Shown here piece after piece: positions 48,501-55,520 of a DNA stretch of 64,000 bases (positions within the stretch are counted from its first letter, which is position 1; the number at the start of each line of letters is the position of its first letter). The stretch comes from Deltaproteobacteria bacterium (GTDB lineage Bacteria > Myxococcota > Kuafuiibacteriia > Kuafuiibacteriales > Kuafuiibacteriaceae), in assembly GCA_040218735.1 (NCBI GenBank), contig JAVJQW010000023.1, positions 512,001-576,000 of the forward strand, in the 5' to 3' direction. The translations under genes and the position numbers were made by a program. The notes beneath the pieces were generated by a model. It saw nothing but the letters and a program-made list of their open reading frames with translations, ran no database searches and was not told where the DNA came from.

Positions 48501-48854
48501 CTCCTGGAGCGAGGTCTTGGGTTCGTCGCCGGGGATCCGACCGGGGCCGTTCACGAGCGTCCCCAGGTTCCAACGTACGTCGCGCCTGAAGTAGCTGGCG
48601 TTGAGGTCGACGACGGTGAAGTTCAACCCGCGGTCCGTGCGGATCGGGCTGTCGGCGAGCCCCATGCCATCGAGCGTCCAATCGGCGAGGAACGCATGTT
48701 CGTTTCGTCCGGCCCGAGTGTCGAGATAGAGCGAACGCCACTCTTCCTCGTCGAGCGCTTCCAACGACGAGGTTCGCGTGTCCCACGCCTCGGCCGATCC
48801 GATGCTGGCGACGAAGACGAGCGTCGCGATCGCAAAGATCCGCGCGGCGCTCAC
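45594..48854 (-). CDS. Large secreted protein with Zn-dependent phospholipase C / P1 nuclease-like N-terminal domain (1086 aa)
   Basis: Signal peptide ..SAEA|W leaves Trp at the mature N-terminus. Motifs NEHAFLAD, NSSHF, HFLQDRWSSGH and MIHG. GTGA-coupled start. Confidence 0.6.
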   Translation of the reverse strand: MSAARIFAIATLVFVASIGSAEAWDTRTSSLEALDEEEWRSLYLDTRAGRNEHAFLADWTLDGMGLADSPIRTDRGLNFTVVDLNASYFRRDVRWNLGTLVNGPGRIPGDEPKTSLQERRLPAPAQFAGLPDVSYTLYDWINRHRLCPPLPPTADRHDDCHDYGLWMGAVFNSSHFGSQASLNYRHYHAIAVRLAKRAADLYRNIESVGPNEVVAWSDYVKEAELEALTYEAIGQHFLQDRWSSGHMWERWNGPDWAALLAPPIRTDPNASAYVGAIAGMIHGHEAVTAALAPGLSRDLLCSPEVVITGDPNNERRELHPMTWRRFPDGEQTFFGVGDFRATDFLEGTYRDVDGAQTYELDVLEQRRELFFCAAQGWTEVIRELPRIDGAYGTLKLQIREGHDLGTERRCWQGWATNRAMLRGLSSGLGIQAYGSASFDIEGPLGKLTGAFLRYEFSRPAEPPSHPVAELLDFLRRFGEGVFEALPSFTPDARDRTRLYWRLLKRARACPTCTDVARNQVVEGLDLPGLGTFEKTPPGNDPRLLHVPDFVEPVDFATLPTAPLADADWTRVDNRPGRDKASVFGFFNRAHTDWWCSEDATLSPRPILDALREVRSNTRDGLNVEVCAYLADRVYRGTDPRYTGARAEEHRYPIGDGTERIVAEPICARYGLVETDGDTDPDVPYYLDPGYVERPHRLARARETNVVGDKIPTHGYDSASNWCRRVPILELSPPMNAEDLVATANPLEDQTLVIAGRDLGDATGVLEVDGSTTLPPWLELVAWRDDALTIRVLETETVGDFELSVTRRAQSARRADLKSVGRFVLRLAPHEGAVVVHAGDVQSTRLPGGTPRTAVAAQFIAGSPFPSECSTTRAGDCTALVCAGEATPPRGEDAGRLTITGGAFDIAVDPGLLGRYSFQDTRRSVFVAGQPLHVDFAGTDTFPAFAADVLPPTPAVELTAPGVNGFSTIVVPPPGDPLPIAWQTAAGHTIDVRVQQLVPQYVSIVCSFDGALGTGVVPAALLDLMTPETHPRGTTTFVATAGRDVTRMPELEDGPRWRVRVRLSDYMWLTGGTLGLVTEQVPMTYLP

Positions 48855-49288
48855 GAGCTGCGCTCCCCGGCGCGCGGCGCGCACGGTGCATCGTCCGCGA
48901 CGAAGACCGCCTCGAAGGCGTCGAGCGCTTCCACGTCGTCGACGGCGTCGCGCTTCGCCCACTCTGCCTTGCAGACCTCGGGGCACTCCGCGACCTCGAC
49001 GCACGTCGCGAGTGATGTGTCGCTCGCCGCGCAGGCGCCGAAGGTGAGGACACATCGTGTCCACTGCACGATCGAGTCGTCGACGGCAGGATCGTAGACG
49101 AATCGAACGGCGCCGCCGTGCGTGCTGCCGGGGTGGATCGCGACTTCGACGCAGGCCTCGCAGGTGGGGTCGAAGGGTCGCGTCGTCGGAGCCCAGGGCT
49201 CCGCGAGCGTCGGGGGCGGCGCTTCGGTAGGTGCCTTGGAGGCACAGCCCACCGCGAAGAGGGTCAGGAGCAGAGTCTTGGATCGCAT
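48851..49288 (-). CDS. Small Cys-rich lipoprotein (145 aa)
   Basis: MRSKTLLLTLFAVG-C lipobox and 8 further Cys. Coupled to the downstream PLC-like gene. Confidence 0.75.
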   Translation of the reverse strand: MRSKTLLLTLFAVGCASKAPTEAPPPTLAEPWAPTTRPFDPTCEACVEVAIHPGSTHGGAVRFVYDPAVDDSIVQWTRCVLTFGACAASDTSLATCVEVAECPEVCKAEWAKRDAVDDVEALDAFEAVFVADDAPCAPRAGERSS

Positions 49289-49301
49289 GAGGCGACGCGA
49301 G

Positions 49302-49317
49302 TGCACGGACCGCGCCG
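49302..49317 (-). promoter_or_regulatory. Putative sigma54 promoter
   Basis: Minus strand CGGCGCGGTCCGTGCA (GG-N10-GC). ATG is 15 nt after the -12 C. Confidence 0.5.
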
Positions 49318-49347
49318 TGTTCTTCGCCGCCATCCGGGCGCCGTGTT

Positions 49348-49390
49348 GTGCACGGTCGTGCACGACCGTCGAGCACGACCGTGCACGACC
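49348..49390. repeat. Nested inverted/direct repeats (candidate activator binding site)
   Basis: 18-bp perfect palindrome ACGGTCGTGCACGACCGT (49352-49369), a 14-bp inverted repeat (49348-49361/49373-49386) and GCACGACC three times. Confidence 0.7.
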
Positions 49391-49417
49391 GCGAACAGGA
49401 GCGCGCCCGGCGCGGCG

Positions 49418-49433
49418 TGGCACCGCGAGTGCA
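49418..49433 (+). promoter_or_regulatory. Putative sigma54 promoter
   Basis: TGGCACCGCGAGTGCA (GG-N10-GC). ATG at 49447. Confidence 0.65.
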
Positions 49434-49446
49434 CTGTCGACGCGCC

Positions 49447-50709
49447 ATGTCACTTCCGAGAGCCCGCTTCATCGCCCTGACCCTGTTCCTCACTGCGGCC
49501 GCCCCCTGCAGCTCCACGTCGACGGCGCCCGGCATGGCCGGCGTCGACGGCGGCATGCCAGCCAGCCCCCGCGAGACGGCGTGCGCCGACGCGGTCGACA
49601 ACGACGGCAACGGTCTCACCGACTGCGACGATCCCGCGTGCGCCGCCGATCCGCTCTGCGACGTACCCGAGCCCTGTCCGCGAAACGACCCCAACTGCGA
49701 CGAGACGCCGGTCGAGATCTGCGACAACGCCATGGACGACGACGACGACACTCGGGTGGACTGCGACGATCCCGACTGCACGAACACGCCCGCGTGCAGC
49801 CCGCAGACGTGCCCCGGTCCTCAGGACGAGGTCGCCGCGTTCTTCGGCGTGGTGACACCTTCGCTCGCCCACCGCATCTGTCTGTACGATTCGTGCGGAC
49901 GCTCGCTCGGCGGGCAGCCGGTGGATCCACCCGCCGCGGATCCGGGGAGCCGAACCGCCGGGTTCATCGTGAACCCGGTCGCCGTCCCGGTCGAAGGCCC
50001 CGTGAAGTTGGCGGCCTTCCGCGCCTTCGACTTCGACGACGACGCCGGCTGTCCGGAGGACACGTTCCCAGCGAGCGCGCGGCTCGACCTAGAGATGCCG
50101 GCCGTCGCGTCGGACCGCGGCCGCCCGATCGTCCTCCTCGGCGGAGCGCCCGTGAATCCGGACGGCACGACGCGAGACATCTGCGGTCCGACGCGCGACC
50201 AGCCGTGCACCGAGACCGCGCCGGGGTTCTCGGTGTTCTACAGCGAATGCGCTCCCGACGCCGACCGCGCGACGGCGCGGGTGATCAACCTGTCGCCGAA
50301 CGCCGGCCCGATCACGGTCGAAGTGATCGACGACTTCTCGGATCCGGAGGTCACGGTCACCACGTTCGGCCCCGTGCCGTACGGCGGGACGACGGACTAC
50401 GTGGCGTTGTCCAAGCTCCCGGCGGACTCGAGCTTCCCGTTGGTCGAGGCCACGCTGCGCGTGAAGAACGCGTCGAACGAAGTCATCGCGACGCGTGTCC
50501 CGTTCGGGCCTGCGTTCCCCGACAGCGGCAGCCGAATGATGTGGACGGGCTTCTGTTACTCGATCCTGTTCACGGGCGAGGTCCGGAGCTTCGACGGCGC
50601 GCCGATCGCAGATCCGCCGGCCCTCTTCGTCGAGGACACTCCGCTGTGCGAGGTGTGGCGGTCGAGCGACCCGAGCGGGGAGCCGGCGCACTGGCCCATG
50701 TGTGAATAG
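49447..50709 (+). CDS. Secreted protein with two Cys/Asp-rich putative metal-binding repeats and a DUF4397-like segment
   Basis: Signal peptide. Repeats ETACADAVDNDGNGLTDCDDPAC and EICDNAMDDDDDTRVDCDDPDC. ARVINLSPNAGPITV. Confidence 0.7.
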   Translation: MSLPRARFIALTLFLTAAAPCSSTSTAPGMAGVDGGMPASPRETACADAVDNDGNGLTDCDDPACAADPLCDVPEPCPRNDPNCDETPVEICDNAMDDDDDTRVDCDDPDCTNTPACSPQTCPGPQDEVAAFFGVVTPSLAHRICLYDSCGRSLGGQPVDPPAADPGSRTAGFIVNPVAVPVEGPVKLAAFRAFDFDDDAGCPEDTFPASARLDLEMPAVASDRGRPIVLLGGAPVNPDGTTRDICGPTRDQPCTETAPGFSVFYSECAPDADRATARVINLSPNAGPITVEVIDDFSDPEVTVTTFGPVPYGGTTDYVALSKLPADSSFPLVEATLRVKNASNEVIATRVPFGPAFPDSGSRMMWTGFCYSILFTGEVRSFDGAPIADPPALFVEDTPLCEVWRSSDPSGEPAHWPMCE

Positions 50710-50733
50710 GCGGCGGGGCTCGCCCAAGTAGGC

Positions 50734-52335
50734 TCAGGGGGCGTCGGCGCCGCCCGAAAACGCGATCAGCACGACGACGACGACCAAGGTCCCGAGCCCC
50801 ACGATGCCGGCGCGCCACAGCGGCGGTGCGGTTCGGAACGCTTCGTAGGCCCGCTCGACGTGCGCGATCACCGTGGTGATCGCGTTCGGCTCGTACCGGG
50901 GAGGCGGGCGCGGATAGGCGACGCGCTCCTGCGTGTCGACCGCCGAACCGTCGGGGAGCACGGCCTCGACGAACGCCGCGACTTCGTGCGCACCCGTGTC
51001 CCATCCGTGGTCGACGACCACGCCGCGAATCGCGTCGCGCATCGCAGCTGCGGTTGCGAATCGATCGTCCGGCTTGGTGGCGAGCGCCTGCGCGAGGATC
51101 GACTCGAGCGCTTCGGGGAGATCGTCGCGATGGTGCCGAACGCGAGCGACGAAGTCCGTGTCGAGGGTGCGGAACACCGCCTCGGCGTCGGTGTCGACGA
51201 GAGGCCGCCGGGTGAGCAACTCGAACGCGAGGAGCCCGGCCGCGAAGACATCCGTACGGCGCTCGATCGGCTGGCCGGCGAGCTGCTCGGGCGCCATGTA
51301 GCGGCTCTTGCCCGCCGGCCCCTGGGCGCGCGCGATGCCGAAGTCCGAGAGCTTCACTTCACCGGCCCGAGACAGCAGGACGTTCGACGGCGAGACGTCG
51401 CGATGCACGATGCCGAGCGACGCTCCGTCCACGTCCGTCGCGTTGTGGCAGTAGTCGAGGCCCTGGAGGATCTGCACCACGATGTGCAGCGCGACGGCGA
51501 TCGGGACGTCCTTCTCCTGCTTGGCGTACTCGCCGAGCACCTGCAGGAGGTCGCAGCCCTCGACGTGCTCCATCGCGATGAACAGCACGCCGTCGGCTTC
51601 GCCGAGGTCGTGCACCTGAACGATGTTCGGGTGGCGAAGTCCGACGCTCAGCTCGGCCTCGCCGACGAACGCCTGCCTCGCCTCCTCGTCGCGCGCGAGC
51701 TTGGGGAGCAGACGTTTGATCGCCAACGTCGCCGCCGGACCGGTGGCGCCCTTCACGTTCGCGACGAAGATCTCCGCCATCCCGCCTTTGCCGATGCGCC
51801 GTCCGAGCTCGTACTCACCGAACGTCTCGTGCGGCGGCGCCGCGGTCACTTCGACGAGGTCGGCCTCGGCAAACGGGAGGTCCTCCGTGGAGTCGCCGTA
51901 GTAGTGGACCAGCCCGGCGGCGAGCGCGCTCTGGCTGCACAGGAGCCACGAGACGTTCGTGCCGACGGGGAGCAGCGCCTCCACGGCGCGGCGCGCGTCG
52001 TCGGCGTACGGATCGGTCGTGGCGAGGAACAGACTCTCGCCGTCACCGTGTCGCTTCCGTGCGATCGGAATGACGCGATGAGCGATCGCGACCTCCGCGG
52101 GCACGAGCTCGAGCACCCGCGGATGCACCGGCGTTCGCAGCGGGTCCACGGTGGGCACGCCGAGGTGACGCGACAGCGCGGAGACGAGGACGTCCTCCTC
52201 GATGTCGCCGGCCTCCACGAGGTAGCGGCCGAGCGCACGCGCGGCGAGGCGCGCCTCGACGACGGCGTCGTCTAGCCGCTCCTCGTCGATGAAGCCCAGC
52301 TCGAGCAGCACGTCACCGAGGCGTTGTCTCGCCAC
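50734..52335 (-). CDS. Ser/Thr protein kinase with N-terminal MshEN/GspE-N domain and C-terminal TM helix
   Basis: RLGDVLLELGFI..ALGRYLVEAGDI..ALSRHLG. Kinase motifs IGKGGMAEI, AIK, HRDVSPSN, DFG and YMAPE. C-terminal hydrophobic helix. GTG start at 52335. Confidence 0.88.
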   Translation of the reverse strand: MARQRLGDVLLELGFIDEERLDDAVVEARLAARALGRYLVEAGDIEEDVLVSALSRHLGVPTVDPLRTPVHPRVLELVPAEVAIAHRVIPIARKRHGDGESLFLATTDPYADDARRAVEALLPVGTNVSWLLCSQSALAAGLVHYYGDSTEDLPFAEADLVEVTAAPPHETFGEYELGRRIGKGGMAEIFVANVKGATGPAATLAIKRLLPKLARDEEARQAFVGEAELSVGLRHPNIVQVHDLGEADGVLFIAMEHVEGCDLLQVLGEYAKQEKDVPIAVALHIVVQILQGLDYCHNATDVDGASLGIVHRDVSPSNVLLSRAGEVKLSDFGIARAQGPAGKSRYMAPEQLAGQPIERRTDVFAAGLLAFELLTRRPLVDTDAEAVFRTLDTDFVARVRHHRDDLPEALESILAQALATKPDDRFATAAAMRDAIRGVVVDHGWDTGAHEVAAFVEAVLPDGSAVDTQERVAYPRPPPRYEPNAITTVIAHVERAYEAFRTAPPLWRAGIVGLGTLVVVVVLIAFSGGADAP

Positions 52336-52388
52336 CGTCGGCCAGCATACGCGCAGAGCCCTCGCGAGGGCAGCCGGCGTCGCGAGCC

Positions 52389-53228
52389 CTAGCGAACGCC
52401 TTCCGGCAGGCCGATCCGGTCGAGGTCCGTCGTGCGGCGCCACGTATCGTCCAGGGTCCTCAGCCTCGACAGCTGGGCGCGCTCGTCGCCACGAATCGCG
52501 CGTGGCGTGCGACCCGGCGCGATCGGTGTGGCGCTACGCAGCGCCGGTCCATTCACCCACATCGGTCGGGGGCCGTAGTTCTGGATGCCCACCATCGCGC
52601 GCCCGACGTAGCGGCCCGACGCGAGGACCGAGAAGCGCACCCAGCGCACGTCGTCGATCGTCACCGCGGTCTCGGGGTGCTCCTCGAGGTCGACCGCGAC
52701 GGCGCCCGCGTCCGCCTCGAAGACGAAGAACGTGACCTCGTCTCCGCGGAACGGCGCGTCCCCCAACGACGCGTCGAAGCCGAGCCAGACCGAAGCGTTG
52801 AATCCGACTCCGGTGAGCCAACCCATCCCGTAGATCGCGACCGTGGCCGGGTGGGTCTCGGTCCCGGGGATCCGCACGACCTCGCGCCGATCGGAGGGGG
52901 TGTCGATGAAGATCTGTCGTTGGATCGGCGGCGGCGCCGTCGCCATCGGGTTCTGATCCACCGCCGGCCAGCCCGCGCTGATCAGCTTGCTCTCGAAGTC
53001 CGGCGCGTTGAGCTGGTTGTCGTCCTCGGCGCCGGGGAGCAGCTCGTACTCGACGAGCGTTCGGATCCGCGCGCCGCCGTCGGGCGGATCGACCGTCTCC
53101 TCGCCGGCGTCCCGCGCGACGCCGGCGTCCTTCATCGGCGGATTCGTTTCGCCGTCGTCATCGTCCTCGCTACAGGCCACCACCGCCACCGCCATGGTCG
53201 CCACCGCGAACCACCGTGCCCGCTGCAT
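52389..53228 (-). CDS. Hypothetical lipoprotein (279 aa)
   Basis: MQRARWFAVATMAVAVVA-C lipobox and DAG linker repeats. TGATG-coupled to the S41 gene. Confidence 0.75.
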   Translation of the reverse strand: MQRARWFAVATMAVAVVACSEDDDDGETNPPMKDAGVARDAGEETVDPPDGGARIRTLVEYELLPGAEDDNQLNAPDFESKLISAGWPAVDQNPMATAPPPIQRQIFIDTPSDRREVVRIPGTETHPATVAIYGMGWLTGVGFNASVWLGFDASLGDAPFRGDEVTFFVFEADAGAVAVDLEEHPETAVTIDDVRWVRFSVLASGRYVGRAMVGIQNYGPRPMWVNGPALRSATPIAPGRTPRAIRGDERAQLSRLRTLDDTWRRTTDLDRIGLPEGVR

Positions 53229-55420
53229 CACTCTGCCTCCGTGAGCCACTGCATCGCCGCCTCGACTTGGGTGTCGATGCCACGCGCTGCGTCGCTCTGT
53301 TTCTGGAAGACGACCTCGTCGGGCTCCACGCCGCGACCGCCGACGTGAACGTCTACCGGATCGGCGGCGCTCCCGAGGATCACGCCGCCCGTCATCTGAA
53401 AGGAGCCGCCGCCGAAGCCCACGCGGTGCAGCGGCGAGAACGCGAGCTCCCCATAGGCGCCGAGGGTCGGGACGGGCCCGAACACCCGCGTCCGCCCCTC
53501 GGGCCGGAGCACACGAACGTTGTACGTGAGCCAGTCGTTACCCGAGCCGTCGATGCCCGTGAGCACGCCGAGCTTGGTGTCGGCGGCGACGTTCGGCGCG
53601 GGGTGTGAGCCGCCGAGCAACGCGTAGTTCGACACGAGCACGCCGCCGCAGATGTAGTAGCCGAAGCCCGGCCACCCGGTGTCGATCGAGCACGCGAACA
53701 TCGCGTCGCGGAGGGCGGTGTCCCCCTCGAAACCCGCGAGCGGCGGCACCACCACGTTCGCCGGGTAGATGTCGTCGGGGAAGAAGAACGACGTCAGCCA
53801 CGCCACGCCCGCGAGCGAGCCTCCGTCACCGCGGCGCTCGTCGAGCAGCATGCGCTGAGGTGCGGGATCGAACGCGGCGGCGATCTCGTTCCACCAGGAC
53901 ATCACGTTGCCGGGTGTCCCGTTGATCTGCAGGATCCGAACGCCCGCGACGGAGGCCGTCGCGACGTGCCCCGTCTGCACGATGTCGGACGCCTCGGCGG
54001 TGCGGAGGAAGCGCGTGTCGCAGGGCAGGCGGAGGCCGCGCCACGCCGGGACCTCGTTCGACCACAGCGCGGCGGACATCGTCGCCGTGGTGACCTCGAT
54101 GATCTCGAGCTCCGCTTCGGAGCACGCGACGCCGTCTTGCCGATCACAGCGCGCGAAGCGCAGCGCGGCGCCCTTGTTCATCGCGACGCCGAGGAGCTGC
54201 GGCGTGGTCACGAAGTCTCGCGCGCGGTCGTCACCGGGGTACAGCAAGTACGGCTCGGCAAGCGCGCGCCACTCGGGGGTCGGGACGTCGTCGACGTGAG
54301 TCAGCACGTCACCCGCCCGCAGCATGCGGGCGACGGGGTGCGCGGGGATCGTGCGGAAGACCATCGGGAGCGTCGCTCGGGTCGGGAGGAGGTCCGCGTC
54401 GGACTGCACCGCGCACGTCCCGGAGCCGAGCCCGCTCACGGGCGCGATGGCGACCCCGCGCGCGTGGCCGTCCTCGAGGTGGTCGACGGCGAGGCGGAAG
54501 CGCGACCAGAATCGTTTGTTCGGAGCCGCGACGATCTCGGCGAGCTCCGCGTCGTAGCGTTCGAGGTTCGCGCGCGCCGCGCGGTGGCCGGAGAAGGTGT
54601 GCCGCTCGAACATCCGGCGCGCGAGGTACGCGTCGCGCATGCGCTCCGTCGCGAAGTCCGGGCCGTCCACGACGGCGCGATCGGCGCAGCGCCCCATCGT
54701 GCAGAGCCCTTCGGCGCCGCAGCGCTGGTCCTCGTCGACGAGCGAGCAGGTCGCGTCCGGCACCGCGGCCTCACCTCGGTCGTAGAACGCAACGGCGTCG
54801 ATCCGCATGCGGCCTTCGAAGTTCGGGACGAACGGCGGCTGCTCGTTCCGCAGCTCGTCGTCCACGTAGAGGACGGGCGCGAGCCGACGCCCGAAGAGGA
54901 AGTCGAACGCACCGGACGTGAGCTCCACCCAGCCGTCGTCGGTCGCACGCCCCGACGGGAGGAGCGGTAGAACGCCGACGTCGTGCACCGACGCGAAGTT
55001 CGGCGCCGCGACCGCAGCCTCCACGTCGCCGCTGAACCAGATGAGGAACGCGCGCGGTCGAGTGCCCTCGGCGCGGTACCACAGCTTCACCTCGACCCGC
55101 CGGTCGCCGAAGCGATCGCGCAGGCCCTCCGTATTCGCGAGCATCATCGCCGACGCCTGCCCACCCATGACGAGCGCGCCGTCGCCTTCGATCGCCGTCC
55201 CGCCCTCGAGGAGCTGGATGATCGCCTGCTCGTCCATGGGGGCGAGGCCGCCGTCGAAGTGAAAGACGTCGAGGCCCTCCGGCGGAGGTCGACCTTCGAA
55301 GCCGTGCACGAGCGCAGCGCCGGAGACGTCGAGGTGCCCCGTCGCGTCGAGCTCTTGAGCGAGCACGACGGCGGGCGACGAGAGCAGGAGGATTATCGCG
55401 AGCGCGTCCGCGTGTCGCAT
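53228..55420 (-). CDS. Secreted S41-family (tail-specific/tricorn-like) peptidase with PDZ-like domain
   Basis: Signal peptide. L..GDVLTHVD (PDZ-like), LLDERRGDGG, DGSGND (catalytic Ser), PTLGA and GVEPDEVV. Confidence 0.7.
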   Translation of the reverse strand: MRHADALAIILLLSSPAVVLAQELDATGHLDVSGAALVHGFEGRPPPEGLDVFHFDGGLAPMDEQAIIQLLEGGTAIEGDGALVMGGQASAMMLANTEGLRDRFGDRRVEVKLWYRAEGTRPRAFLIWFSGDVEAAVAAPNFASVHDVGVLPLLPSGRATDDGWVELTSGAFDFLFGRRLAPVLYVDDELRNEQPPFVPNFEGRMRIDAVAFYDRGEAAVPDATCSLVDEDQRCGAEGLCTMGRCADRAVVDGPDFATERMRDAYLARRMFERHTFSGHRAARANLERYDAELAEIVAAPNKRFWSRFRLAVDHLEDGHARGVAIAPVSGLGSGTCAVQSDADLLPTRATLPMVFRTIPAHPVARMLRAGDVLTHVDDVPTPEWRALAEPYLLYPGDDRARDFVTTPQLLGVAMNKGAALRFARCDRQDGVACSEAELEIIEVTTATMSAALWSNEVPAWRGLRLPCDTRFLRTAEASDIVQTGHVATASVAGVRILQINGTPGNVMSWWNEIAAAFDPAPQRMLLDERRGDGGSLAGVAWLTSFFFPDDIYPANVVVPPLAGFEGDTALRDAMFACSIDTGWPGFGYYICGGVLVSNYALLGGSHPAPNVAADTKLGVLTGIDGSGNDWLTYNVRVLRPEGRTRVFGPVPTLGAYGELAFSPLHRVGFGGGSFQMTGGVILGSAADPVDVHVGGRGVEPDEVVFQKQSDAARGIDTQVEAAMQWLTEAE

Positions 55421-55433
55421 CGCGGGGCGCGAC

Positions 55434-55449
55434 TGCAACGCACGTGCCG
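55434..55449 (-). promoter_or_regulatory. Putative sigma54 promoter
   Basis: Minus strand CGGCACGTGCGTTGCA is near-consensus (GGCAC-N5-TTGCA). ATG is 15 nt after the -12 C. Confidence 0.7.
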
Positions 55450-55520
55450 CGCTCCGCGTTCGTTCCTGCACACGCGGCGTTTAGATCCGCTTAGATCGTC
55501 GAGTGCTACGCTCGTCGTGC

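Noticed and set aside
49348-49390. CRISPR array or transposon end
   Set aside because: The units are only 8-18 bp with no spacers. No cas or transposase gene was recognised in the window.
45594-49787. 1397-aa ORF as a single protein
   Set aside because: The first ~310 codons overlap two better genes and a promoter region. A signal peptide begins at GTG 48854.
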